DNA from: Brevundimonas vancanneytii
GTDB lineage: Bacteria; Pseudomonadota; Alphaproteobacteria; Caulobacterales; Caulobacteraceae
Direction of reading: 5' to 3'
NCBI GenBank assembly: GCA_943367565.1
Contig: CALRJO020000017.1
Location: 20,681 to 44,680 of the forward strand
Length of the DNA stretch: 24,000 nucleotides
Below the pieces are notes generated by a model. It saw only the letters and a list, made by a program, of their open reading frames with translations. It was not told the origin of the DNA and ran no database searches. Both the position numbers and the translations under genes were made by a program. Below, in pieces: positions 16,724-24,000 of this stretch (positions within the stretch are counted from its first letter, which is position 1; each line of letters begins with the position of its first letter).

Positions 16724-16790
16724 CTTCGGTTCCGAACGGCGGGATGTCAGCCGTTTTCCTACCCCTTCGCTTCCTAATATCCCCTGAAGG

Positions 16791-17450
16791 TCAACCGGTT
16801 GCACCGATCGCTTCACACAACTCCTGGACGGATGCCGCCGGGCCGTCAGGGTGGCTCCAGACGGCGGCGCTGACGGCAACGAAATCGGCTCCGGCGCGCG
16901 CCAGTTCGCCAGCCGTCGCCGCCGTGATCCCGCCGATGGCGACGCAGGGGATTTCGACCGTCTCCTGCCAGATGGTCAGGATCTCCGGTTCGGGCCGGTG
17001 AATCGTGGCCTTGGTCGCGGTGGGGAAGAAGGCGCCGAAGGCGACATAGTCCGCCCCGGCCTCGGCCGCGTCCATGGCCAGTTCGCGGCTGTCGTGACAG
17101 GTGACGCCGATCATCGCGTCCCGGCCCATCATCGTACGCGCCGCGCTGACCGAGCCATCCGTCTGCCCCAGATGCACGCCGTCGCAGCCCGAGCGGGCCG
17201 CCAGATCGGGCCGGTCGTTGAGGATGACCGCCACGCCCCGCGCCTGGGCCACGGGCTTCAGCGCCTCCACGGCCGCCAGGACGGTCGCGTCGTCGGCGTC
17301 CTTGAGCCGGATCTGCAGCGCCGCAACGTCCCCGGCGTCGAGCGCGGCCTCCAGATCGCGCGCGAAGGCGGCCAGATCGGGGATCGCGGGCGGCGTGATC
17401 AGATATAGCCGGCAGGGCGGGCGTTCGGAAACGACGGGGGTCTTGGCCAT
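16791..17450 (-). CDS. thiE: thiamine-phosphate synthase
   Basis: Trimmed to ATG 17450. RLYLITPP...ALQIRLKD...[10 protein letters not shown]...GVHLGQTD...IGVTCH...[13 protein letters not shown]...IGGIT. Confidence 0.88.
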   Translation of the reverse strand: MAKTPVVSERPPCRLYLITPPAIPDLAAFARDLEAALDAGDVAALQIRLKDADDATVLAAVEALKPVAQARGVAVILNDRPDLAARSGCDGVHLGQTDGSVSAARTMMGRDAMIGVTCHDSRELAMDAAEAGADYVAFGAFFPTATKATIHRPEPEILTIWQETVEIPCVAIGGITAATAGELARAGADFVAVSAAVWSHPDGPAASVQELCEAIGATG

Positions 17451-17494
17451 GGCGGGCAAGTGCGACGGTTGCGGCGCGCCGTCAACACAGGCCC

Positions 17495-17546
17495 TGCGAA
17501 CGACTTGCATTCGCCAGGCTTTCCCTGCTATAGCGAACCATTCGCA
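17495..17546 (+). promoter_or_regulatory. putative bfd promoter overlapped by GCGAA/TTCGC dyads
   Basis: -35 TTGCAT at 17505..17510 and -10 TATAGC at 17529..17534, with an 18-nt spacer. AGCGAAC-C-ATTCGCA at 17532..17546 overlaps the -10/+1 region. TGCGAAC-N7-ATTCGCC at 17495..17515 overlaps the -35. Confidence 0.4.
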
Positions 17547-17566
17547 ACCCGTCAGGTTCGCCTTCC

Positions 17567-17752
17567 GTGTACGTCTGCAACTGCAATGGTCTTCGCAAGC
17601 GTGACGTCGCCGCCGCCATCGAGGCGGGCGCGATCCGTCCGCGCGACGTCTTCGCCCGCAACCAGTGCACGGCCCAGTGCGCCAAATGCGTCTGCGAAAT
17701 GCGCGAGATGATCCAGGAAACCCGCGAATCCTACGCCATGGCGGCCGAATAG
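17567..17752 (+). CDS. bfd: bacterioferritin-associated ferredoxin (BFD-like [2Fe-2S] protein)
   Basis: GTG start. [14 protein letters not shown]...[12 protein letters not shown] carries the C4, C6, C38, C41 ligand pattern. 61 aa. Confidence 0.85.
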   Translation: MYVCNCNGLRKRDVAAAIEAGAIRPRDVFARNQCTAQCAKCVCEMREMIQETRESYAMAAE

Positions 17753-17779
17753 GCCCGCCCCCAGTTGCGGGCGATTTTT
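17753..17779 (+). terminator. rho-independent terminator after bfd
   Basis: GCCCGC (17753..17758), 8-nt loop ccccagtt, GCGGGC (17767..17772), then GATTTTT. Confidence 0.6.
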
Positions 17780-17798
17780 ACTCGCATTTTCAATGTCG

Positions 17799-17822
17799 TG
17801 AGAAGTGTTCGCATATGAACAC
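17799..17822. promoter_or_regulatory. dyad elements upstream of bfr (TGAGAAG-T-GTTCGCA overlapping GTGTTC-N6-GAACAC)
   Basis: Located in the AT-rich 160-nt bfd-bfr spacer. A 7-1-7 element at 17799..17813 and a 6-bp-arm inverted repeat at 17805..17822. Confidence 0.35.
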
Positions 17823-17912
17823 AAGGCGGCTTCGCGTGTTAAAACAATCGCTCACAGCCGGTGATTCACGACGGTCGGGCCGACCGCCGCGCCGCTGACG
17901 GAAAGAATGACG

Positions 17913-18413
17913 ATGAAGGGCGATCCCGCGATCATCCGCACGCTCAACGCGGTGCTGACCAACGAACTGACGGCGGTGAACCAGTATTTCCTGCACGCCC
18001 GGATGTTCGAGAGCTGGGGCCTGAAACACCTCGGCCAGATCATCTACGACGAATCGATCGGCGAGATGAAACACGCCGACATGCTGATCAAGCGGGTGTT
18101 GTTCCTCGACGGCCTGCCGAACCTGCAGGACCTGCACAAGCTGAAGATCGGCGAGACCGCCTTTGAGTGCCTCGGCGCCGACCTGCAGCTGGAGCTGGGC
18201 GGGCGGGACACGCTGACGGCGGGCGTGGCCCAGTGCGAGGCGGCCAAGGACTATGTCAGCCGCGACATCCTGATGCGCATCCTCAACGACACCGAGGAGC
18301 ACATCGACTTCCTCGAGGCCCAGCACAAGCTGATCGAACAGCTGGGCGAGCAGAACTATCTGCAGTCCGCCATGACCGAGATCGCGCCGGACAAGAGCGC
18401 CACGGGGAACTAG
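17913..18413 (+). CDS. bfr: bacterioferritin
   Basis: MKGDPAIIRTLNAVLTNELTAVNQYFLHARMFESWGL...ESIGEMKHAD (heme Met)...EEHIDFLE. Start set at the MKGD ATG 17913; ATG 17907 is also in frame. Confidence 0.92.
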   Translation: MKGDPAIIRTLNAVLTNELTAVNQYFLHARMFESWGLKHLGQIIYDESIGEMKHADMLIKRVLFLDGLPNLQDLHKLKIGETAFECLGADLQLELGGRDTLTAGVAQCEAAKDYVSRDILMRILNDTEEHIDFLEAQHKLIEQLGEQNYLQSAMTEIAPDKSATGN

Positions 18414-19336
18414 CCGTAGGCCAGCAGGCCGGTCGCCAGGAAGCTGCCCATGTTCATGATCGCGTGGGTCGCAACGATGAGTGTGATCGAGCCGGTCCGC
18501 AGCCAGAGCACGCCCAGAAGCAGGCCAACCAACGTCTGCATGAGGAATTCGGGCGCGTATTCAAACGCGACCTGCTGAAGGAACGGCCAGTCGCCATGCA
18601 TGACCGGATCCACCAGGGCCCCGGGGACGTGCATCAGCCCGAACACGACGCTGGACAGGAAGACGGCCTGAAACCGCGAACCGGTACGGTCGAGCAGGGC
18701 CGTCAGCAGCAGAACGCGGAATACGATCTCCTCGAACGTCGCGCCAACGATCACGGCGCCCACAGTGACGATCATGTCGGGGACTGGAGGAAAAGCTATC
18801 TTGTCTGGAGTGGTCGACCAGGCGGCGTAGGACCATGACGCCGCAAGACCGATGGCGAGCCCGGCGATGAGGAACAGCCTGACCCGTCCCGGACGGCTTG
18901 AACGAGAGGGCCAGGCGACCAGCCCGAGCAGCAGGAACGCCGCCGGCACGAGCGTGCCTGTGAGGAGGTAGGTGATCTTGGCCGATGCCGGATCCCCCCG
19001 GCCCAGCCAGTGGAGGACCATGGCCGCCGACAGCATTATCCCGACCGTCACGAGCTCCATCCACACGATCGGGCCGACCTGATCCGTGCGGTTCATGCTC
19101 CAGTAGGTCGCCGAGCCGCCGGTCGCGAGGCGCAGGGCGACGAACAAGAGACCGAAGACGACCGCCACTGTCACAATGAAAGCGGCGTAAATGGTCCCGG
19201 CGAATTCGGGATCCACGACTCCCGGTCGGGAGACCAACACCCAGTAGGTGAGCGCCGCCAGCGCGAAGGCGAGGAGTTGGGAAAGTCTGCGCGAGGTCAC
19301 GGTCTTCTCCGAAACAAGCGGGTGAAGAACGTGCAC
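18410..19336 (-). CDS. CPBP-family intramembrane glutamic endopeptidase (CAAX protease/Abi)
   Basis: Motifs EEIVFRVLL, FGLMHV and HAIMNM in a polytopic protein. GTG 19336 is the longest start. GTG 19300 has a better SD (GGAGAAG 3 nt upstream). Confidence 0.8.
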   Translation of the reverse strand: MHVLHPLVSEKTVTSRRLSQLLAFALAALTYWVLVSRPGVVDPEFAGTIYAAFIVTVAVVFGLLFVALRLATGGSATYWSMNRTDQVGPIVWMELVTVGIMLSAAMVLHWLGRGDPASAKITYLLTGTLVPAAFLLLGLVAWPSRSSRPGRVRLFLIAGLAIGLAASWSYAAWSTTPDKIAFPPVPDMIVTVGAVIVGATFEEIVFRVLLLTALLDRTGSRFQAVFLSSVVFGLMHVPGALVDPVMHGDWPFLQQVAFEYAPEFLMQTLVGLLLGVLWLRTGSITLIVATHAIMNMGSFLATGLLAYG

Positions 19337-19455
19337 GCCCCCCGACCTACAACCCTATGTAACCAGCCCGCGACACCGGCGCCTAGAGTTCCCCGCGCTG
19401 GCGGAACCCGCGCGCCGCCCCGCCATTGTCTGTCCGCATACAGGGAGAGCCGGGT

Positions 19456-20001
19456 GTGACCCAGACCGACGACATCTTCGACGACGCGCGCGACGCCGCC
19501 GGCGACTTTCTGAACGCCCACGAGCGAGACATCGGACATGTCATCCTCGGCGTGGCCGTGACGGTCGGCTTCGCCCTCGGCGCCACACTGCTGGCCCGGA
19601 CCACGATCAAGCCGCGGGCTCGGCATCTAGCCGCGGGCGACGGGCCGATCACCGAACGGCCGCGCGGGCCGCTGAGCCTGATCCTGCCGGCGGTCTTCTC
19701 GGTCACCACCCTGTCGGCGGTGCGGGTGTGGAACGCCCCGGCCCGGCCCGAGCGTACAACAGCCATGGGCCTGTGGGCCGCGGCCCAGGCGCTGAACGCC
19801 GTGTGGATCGCCCTGCGGCCATCCAGCCGCGGGCTACAGATCGCGGCGGCCATGTCGTCGGCGGGCATGGCGGCCGCCTTCGCCCATGAGGCGCGCAAAC
19901 TGGACCCCCAGGCCGGCAAGCTGGCGTCTCCGACCGGCGGGCGCGTGCGGCTGGCCAACTTCATCCAGCGCAAGACGGAACACCGCCCGACGGTGCACTG
20001 A
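19456..20001 (+). CDS. hypothetical membrane protein (weak TspO/MBR-like resemblance)
   Basis: Track ORF trimmed to GTG 19456, with AGGGAG 8 nt upstream. 3-4 hydrophobic segments. [18 protein letters not shown] and [15 protein letters not shown] faintly recall TspO helices. Function unknown. Confidence 0.45.
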   Translation: MTQTDDIFDDARDAAGDFLNAHERDIGHVILGVAVTVGFALGATLLARTTIKPRARHLAAGDGPITERPRGPLSLILPAVFSVTTLSAVRVWNAPARPERTTAMGLWAAAQALNAVWIALRPSSRGLQIAAAMSSAGMAAAFAHEARKLDPQAGKLASPTGGRVRLANFIQRKTEHRPTVH

Positions 20002-20119
20002 GAGACCCCCGCCCAAGGCCGCAGCTTGCCGTGAGGCCCGGCTTCCTCTAGGGACTGCGCCCGTTCTCGCGCGCGTCGGCGTCCGATGCGGTGCGCCTCA
20101 AATCCCTTTCCGAGACCCC

Positions 20120-20686
20120 ATGAAAATCAACGGCAACAACATCAAGCCCGGCATGGTCCTTGAGCACAACAAGGGCCTGTGGGTCGTGACCAAGGCCAGC
20201 CACGTCAAGCCGGGCAAGGGCGGCGCCTTCGCCAACATCGAGGCCAAGAACCTCGAGACCGGCAACAAGCTGAGCGAGCGCTTCCGTTCGGAAGACAAGG
20301 TCGAGCGCGTCACGCTGGAGCAGAAGGAGTTCTCCTATCTGTACGAGCAGGGCGACGCCCTGGTGTTCATGGACGACCAGACCTACGAACAGACCGAACT
20401 GCAGAAGGACTGGGTCGGCGAAGACCGCGTCGCCTATTTGCAGGACGGGATGAAGGTGGTCATCGAGATGCACGAGGAGCGGCCGATCGGCCTGACCCTG
20501 CCCGACCAGGTCACGCTGGAAGTGGTCGAGACCGAGCCCACGGTGAAGGGCCAGACCGCCTCGTCGTCCTACAAGCCCGCCATCGCCAACAACGGCGTCC
20601 GCATCATGATCCCGCCCTATATGGGCGTGGGCGAGCGGATCGTCGTCGACACCACCACCGGCGAATACGTCCGCCGCGCTGAGTAG
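20120..20686 (+). CDS. efp: elongation factor P
   Basis: Track ORF 19886..20686 trimmed to ATG 20120. [37 protein letters not shown]...TASSSYKPA. 188 aa, loop Lys33. Confidence 0.95.
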   Translation: MKINGNNIKPGMVLEHNKGLWVVTKASHVKPGKGGAFANIEAKNLETGNKLSERFRSEDKVERVTLEQKEFSYLYEQGDALVFMDDQTYEQTELQKDWVGEDRVAYLQDGMKVVIEMHEERPIGLTLPDQVTLEVVETEPTVKGQTASSSYKPAIANNGVRIMIPPYMGVGERIVVDTTTGEYVRRAE

Positions 20687-20694
20687 CCGCTACG

Positions 20695-20783
20695 CGGGTG
20701 GTTGGTGATTGGTGGTTGGTGGTTGGCTGCGTCCTCGACGGCGCCTGACCCGCAATCACCAATCACCAATCACCAACCACTCG
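20695..20783 (+). repeat. inverted heptanucleotide tandem repeats forming a 28-31 bp stem-loop
   Basis: Left arm 4 x TG(G/A)TTGG at 20699..20726. Right arm 3 x CAATCAC + CAACCAC at 20753..20780. Base-by-base pairing of 20698..20725 with 20753..20780 gives 26 Watson-Crick pairs plus 2 G-T pairs. The loop is 27 nt. Confidence 0.85.
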
Positions 20784-20827
20784 GCTTCATCCGGAGCCGT
20801 TGAACTTCTCCGCATCTCCGGGCCGAG
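20780..20827 (+). terminator. second composite hairpin between efp and suhB (possible terminator)
   Basis: CTCGGC-ttcat-CCGGAG ... CTCCGG-GCCGAG (20780..20796 / 20816..20827), followed by cgccTTTC. Confidence 0.35.
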
Positions 20828-20860
20828 CGCCTTTCAGGACATGCGGACCAGGAGATTCCC

Positions 20861-21664
20861 ATGGCCCTCGCCTCAGCCCTCGTTTCCGTGATGATCGACG
20901 CGGTCCGCAAGACCGCCCGGCCGATGCTGCGTGACTTCGGCGAGGTGGCGCAGCTGCAGGTCTCCCGCAAGGGCCCCGGCGACTTCGTCACGGCCGCCGA
21001 CATCCGGGCCGAGGACACCCTGTACGAACTGCTGATGAAGGCCCGCCCGGGCTACGGCTTCCTGGGCGAGGAGCGCGGCATGATGGAGGGGACCGACAAG
21101 TCGCACATGTGGATCGTCGACCCGATCGACGGCACCACCAACTTCATGCACGCCATGCCCCATTTCGCCATCACCGTGGGCCTGCAGCGCACCGCGCCGG
21201 ACGGCAGCTCCGAGATCGTCGCCGGGGTGACCTACAACCCCGTCATGAACGAGCTGTTCTGGGCCGAGAAGGGCAAGGGCTGCTATCTGAACGACCAGCG
21301 CATCCGCGTCGCCGGGCGTCGTGACCTGTCGGAAAGCCTGATCGCCACCGGCCTGCCCTTCATCGGCAAGACCGGACACGCCCAGGCCATCAAGGACATC
21401 CACGCCGTCGGTCAGCGTGTCGCCGGCATCCGGCGGCTCGGCTCGGCGGCGCTGGACTTCGCCTGGGTCGCGGCGGGCCGGTACGACGCCTATTATGAGC
21501 GCAATCTACAGCCGTGGGACGTGGCGGCGGGCATCCTGTTCGTCACCGAGGCGGGCGGCGTGGTCACCACCATCGACGGCGAGGGCCGGCCGGAGACCGG
21601 GGCGCAGATCCTGGCGACCAATTCGGAGCTGCATCCGCAGTTGCTGAAGGTGTTGCGGGGGTAG
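20861..21664 (+). CDS. suhB: inositol monophosphatase family protein (SuhB-like)
   Basis: AGGAG SD. GEERG, WIVDPIDGTTNF and WDVAAG motifs. 267 aa. Confidence 0.9.
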   Translation: MALASALVSVMIDAVRKTARPMLRDFGEVAQLQVSRKGPGDFVTAADIRAEDTLYELLMKARPGYGFLGEERGMMEGTDKSHMWIVDPIDGTTNFMHAMPHFAITVGLQRTAPDGSSEIVAGVTYNPVMNELFWAEKGKGCYLNDQRIRVAGRRDLSESLIATGLPFIGKTGHAQAIKDIHAVGQRVAGIRRLGSAALDFAWVAAGRYDAYYERNLQPWDVAAGILFVTEAGGVVTTIDGEGRPETGAQILATNSELHPQLLKVLRG

Positions 21665-21754
21665 GATCCGCCCCGCCATAGCTGAACAGGTATCCGAATA
21701 TATTCCAGACCCGCGTCCGAAAGCGAAAAGCCGAACCCCGTGATGGGTGATCGG

Positions 21755-22585
21755 TCAAGATCGGGGCGGCCATGCCAAGACTGCAGCTAAAGCGAGGACG
21801 GCGATCAGGCCAGGGAGGCTGGCCTCCAGGCCGAAAGCGCCGCCAGTCAGCCAGTCCATGCCCGCGTTTCGGACAGGAACGAGCAGGCTGGGCTCGGCGG
21901 TTCCGCTCACGCCGAAACCCAAGACAATGCCCTGGGTGACATTGGCCATGAAATGCAGGCCGATCGGCAGGGCGAGGCTTCGCGTCCGGACATAGGCCAG
22001 GCCAAAGAGGATCGAAGCGGCGAAGATGTTGACGCCGGCCCAGATCTTCGTGGCGCCCTCCATCCCGGGGCTGCCGAGGTGGGTCAGGACGAAGAAGACC
22101 CCGATCACCACCTGCGCCGGCCACAGCCCGATCCCGCCGATGAGGCGCTGGAACAGAACGCCGCGGAACAGCAGCTCCTCGGCCACGGCAACACCTGCCA
22201 TGAGCAGGACGGCCGACCCCAGCGCTGACGGGTTCGGCGTCGCGACCTCCCACTGGACCCAGCCCCCCAGCGTCAGGACCAGGGCCGGCGCCGCCATCAG
22301 AAGACCACCAAGAACAGCGCCCAACCCGAGATGCACGATCCAGCGGACGTTGGCCCGGCCGGTCACCTCGGAGACGGGACTTCGGCGCAGGGCCTGAATG
22401 CCCGCGGTCGCGAGAATGATGATGAGCGCCTGCTCATAGATCGTGATCTCGCGGCCCAGCTGCGCCGAGATGATGATGGTCGGAGCCAACAGCGCGGCGA
22501 GGAGGGCGAGAAAGGCCGCGACCCACCACCCGTTCCGAAGCCGATGATCGCGGTTGAGGACTATTGCGGCGAACCATGAGGGCAT
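21755..22585 (-). CDS. CPBP-family intramembrane glutamic endopeptidase (CAAX protease/Abi), second copy
   Basis: Motifs EELLFRGVL, FVLTHL and HFMANV. Polytopic, 276 aa, ATG start. Confidence 0.8.
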   Translation of the reverse strand: MPSWFAAIVLNRDHRLRNGWWVAAFLALLAALLAPTIIISAQLGREITIYEQALIIILATAGIQALRRSPVSEVTGRANVRWIVHLGLGAVLGGLLMAAPALVLTLGGWVQWEVATPNPSALGSAVLLMAGVAVAEELLFRGVLFQRLIGGIGLWPAQVVIGVFFVLTHLGSPGMEGATKIWAGVNIFAASILFGLAYVRTRSLALPIGLHFMANVTQGIVLGFGVSGTAEPSLLVPVRNAGMDWLTGGAFGLEASLPGLIAVLALAAVLAWPPRS

Positions 22586-22629
22586 CGGGTTTCACTTTCG
22601 ACTGTGGCGGTCGCGAAAGGTCGCAAGCG

Positions 22630-23985
22630 TTACCATGAGCGGATCGTCAATGCCGCTGGCCCGACGGCGCCATCATCGTCCTTGACCCTGCAAAGACTGA
22701 CCAACCCGGCCAGGAGCGCGAGAGCGGCCCCGATCCCCAGTCCGAGCCGGGGGGCCGCGGCGCCCGGCGTCAGGGTGAACAACAGGGTCATGAGAACCGC
22801 CCCGGCGGTCTGGCCGGTCAGACGGGCCGCGCCCTGCAAGCCGCCCGAGGCGGCGCTGCGTTCGAGCGGAGCCGACAGGAACATGTTACGGTTGTTCGGG
22901 GTCTGGAACAGGCCAAAGCCCACGCCGCACGCCGCTGCGAAGAGCAACATCGGCCGAACGTCGTGCGCGAGGGGCCACAGCGCGGCCGCCATGAGCCCCA
23001 GCGCGAGAAATGCGCCGCCGGCCGCGCACAGCCAGGCCGTGGGAAGCCGGTCCGCGAGCCGGCCTGCGGCGATGGCGGTCACGGCGACGCTGAGCGGCCA
23101 GACGGTCATGTAGAGCCCCGTGGCGGAGGCGGTCTGGCCCAGCCCATGCTGGAGGTAGAAGGGGAGCGCCACCATGGCCGCGGCCTGGCCAGAGAAACAG
23201 AACACCGAAGCGATCACCGACAGGCGCAACGACCGTCCGCGCAGTAGATCGAGGGGGATCAGGGGGGCCGCCTTGGGCGCCTCCCTGCGGACCAGCAGTG
23301 CAAGGCACGTCAGGCCGGCGGCGGCCAGGGCCCCGGCCGCGAATGGACGCGCCGGCAACAGTTGCGCGCCGACGAACAGTCCCCCGAACATCCCCCCGCT
23401 CAGAGCCATGCTGATGAGGTCGAGGCGATGGGACCCCGCGGGCGTGCGCGGCAACTCACGACAGGCCAGAAGGACGGCGACTCCCAGGGGAATGTTTACC
23501 GCGTAAAGCCATGGCCATTCGGCGTGTGCGAGGATCAACGCGCCCACCCCGGGTCCGGCCGATGAAGCGAGCGCGACCGTCAGCGCGTTCCAGCCGATGG
23601 CCGCGCCCAGCCGATGAGGGGCCACGGAATACCGCAGCAGGGGAACCCCAAGCGCCATGATCGCGGCGCCCCCCAGCCCTTGAAGGGCCCGGGCCGCAAC
23701 CAGCCAGGCGAGCGAAGGGGCGATGGTGCAAAGTCCTGAACCCAGGACGAACAGCACGGTCCCGAGGGCGAAGACCGGTCTGTAGCCAAACCGTTCGCCG
23801 AAGGCGGCGCAGGGAAGCAGGGCGACCAGCAGGGCCGTCTGGTAGGCGGTGACGACGAGCACCGCCAGGCGAGGAGGCGCGCCGAGGGCGTCGGCGATCG
23901 TCGGCAGGGCCAGGTTCGTCATCCCGGCATCCAGAACCACCAGGGTCATCCCGGTGAGAACGGCGGCGACCGCCACGCCGCGCAC
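22630..23985 (-). CDS. MFS transporter (drug:H+ antiporter-like); N-terminus may lie beyond the window
   Basis: LVVLDAGMTNLALPTIADAL...VTAYQTALLVALLPCAAFGERFGYRPV is a typical MFS N-terminal region, with 12 or more hydrophobic segments. The frame is still open at 24000, so the GTG at 23985 is only a provisional start. Confidence 0.8.
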   Translation of the reverse strand: MRGVAVAAVLTGMTLVVLDAGMTNLALPTIADALGAPPRLAVLVVTAYQTALLVALLPCAAFGERFGYRPVFALGTVLFVLGSGLCTIAPSLAWLVAARALQGLGGAAIMALGVPLLRYSVAPHRLGAAIGWNALTVALASSAGPGVGALILAHAEWPWLYAVNIPLGVAVLLACRELPRTPAGSHRLDLISMALSGGMFGGLFVGAQLLPARPFAAGALAAAGLTCLALLVRREAPKAAPLIPLDLLRGRSLRLSVIASVFCFSGQAAAMVALPFYLQHGLGQTASATGLYMTVWPLSVAVTAIAAGRLADRLPTAWLCAAGGAFLALGLMAAALWPLAHDVRPMLLFAAACGVGFGLFQTPNNRNMFLSAPLERSAASGGLQGAARLTGQTAGAVLMTLLFTLTPGAAAPRLGLGIGAALALLAGLVSLCRVKDDDGAVGPAALTIRSW

Positions 23986-24000
23986 CGGACCGGGCCGCCC

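Noticed and set aside
16735-16759. Terminator-like hairpin AACGGC-N9-GCCGTT followed by TTTCC on the plus strand, between thiE and the HK gene.
   Set aside because: Both flanking genes are on the minus strand, where the stem is preceded, not followed, by the T/A tract. No plus-strand transcript is expected to end here. It may be a weak structure in the HK leader, but I cannot support a function.
17451-17566. Possible TPP (THI-box) riboswitch upstream of thiE on the minus strand.
   Set aside because: The reverse complement of the spacer contains neither the CTGAGA core nor the ACCTGATCTGGATAATGCCAGCG-like pyrimidine-sensing helix. Only unrelated GCGAA/TTCGC dyads are present.
11411-20686. Long 5' extensions of track ORFs: 11411..12436, 12479..14137, 13513..15330, 15041..16879, 16791..17510, 19886..20686. 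Also 1207..1884 and 8287..8895 further left.
   Set aside because: The extensions overlap the upstream gene or consist of Arg/Gly-rich junk. Conserved family N-termini, SD sequences and stop/start coupling point to the internal starts given in the feature list.
20709-20891. 60-aa ORF (MVVGGWLRPRRRL...ITNHQSPITNH...) spanning the efp-suhB spacer.
   Set aside because: Its sequence is simply a translation of the heptad repeats. It runs into the suhB coding region in another frame and has no SD.
21696-21705. 10-bp perfect palindrome GAATATATTC in the convergent suhB/CPBP spacer. A distant CCGCCCCG/CGGGGCGG inverted pair lies at 21669..21676 and 21762..21769.
   Set aside because: It lies between two gene 3' ends where no promoter is expected, and the palindrome is short and AT-only. 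The distant GC pair is 8 bp and about 90 nt apart, which is within chance for this GC content.
1-24000. Looked for CRISPR arrays, IS or transposon ends, integrase or phage genes, and rRNA or tRNA genes.
   Set aside because: I saw no regularly spaced direct repeats with unique spacers, no transposase- or integrase-like ORFs, no terminal inverted repeats flanking a block, and no convincing cloverleaf. The only tandem repeats are the heptads at 20699..20780 and the coding Pro-rich repeats.

Overview
Very GC-rich chromosomal segment whose gene content looks alphaproteobacterial, possibly Caulobacterales (inferred from protein motifs only, no search run). About 27 tightly packed protein-coding genes lie on both strands. 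I found no rRNA, tRNA, transposase, integrase, phage gene or CRISPR array. Left to right: GMC oxidoreductase plus small subunit, mnmA, hemerythrin-like protein, TesB-like thioesterase, HxlR regulator plus GST, thiolase, secreted alpha/beta hydrolase, a DUF2975 membrane protein with a YozG-type mini-HTH divergent from an ABC-2 exporter (permease frameshifted), and a YkgJ-type Cys-cluster protein. A co-directional minus-strand block follows: thiE, MASE1-like histidine kinase, bd-type oxidase cydA/cydB, an unlisted small TM peptide and a proline-rich secreted protein. The rest is bfd, bfr, a CPBP protease, a membrane protein, efp, suhB-like IMPase, a second CPBP protease and an MFS transporter. 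Many long antisense ORFs in the track are GC-driven shadow ORFs, and several track ORFs needed 5' trimming. Most worth a second look: (1) the DUF2975/mini-HTH/ABC-2 module with an AT-rich repeat-bearing control region and a frameshifted permease; (2) a 28-31 bp stem-loop built from inverted heptanucleotide tandem repeats just downstream of efp; (3) a DUF2474/CydX-like peptide ORF after cydB with no canonical start codon; (4) a recurring TGNGAA-N3-TTCNCA dyad upstream of bfd, bfr and the Cys-cluster gene; (5) an HxlR regulator with a Cys/His-rich C-terminal extension and a perfect operator-like inverted repeat. I see no compelling evidence for a complete novel multi-gene system; the DUF2975 module is the best candidate. 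All family assignments come from motif recognition by eye.
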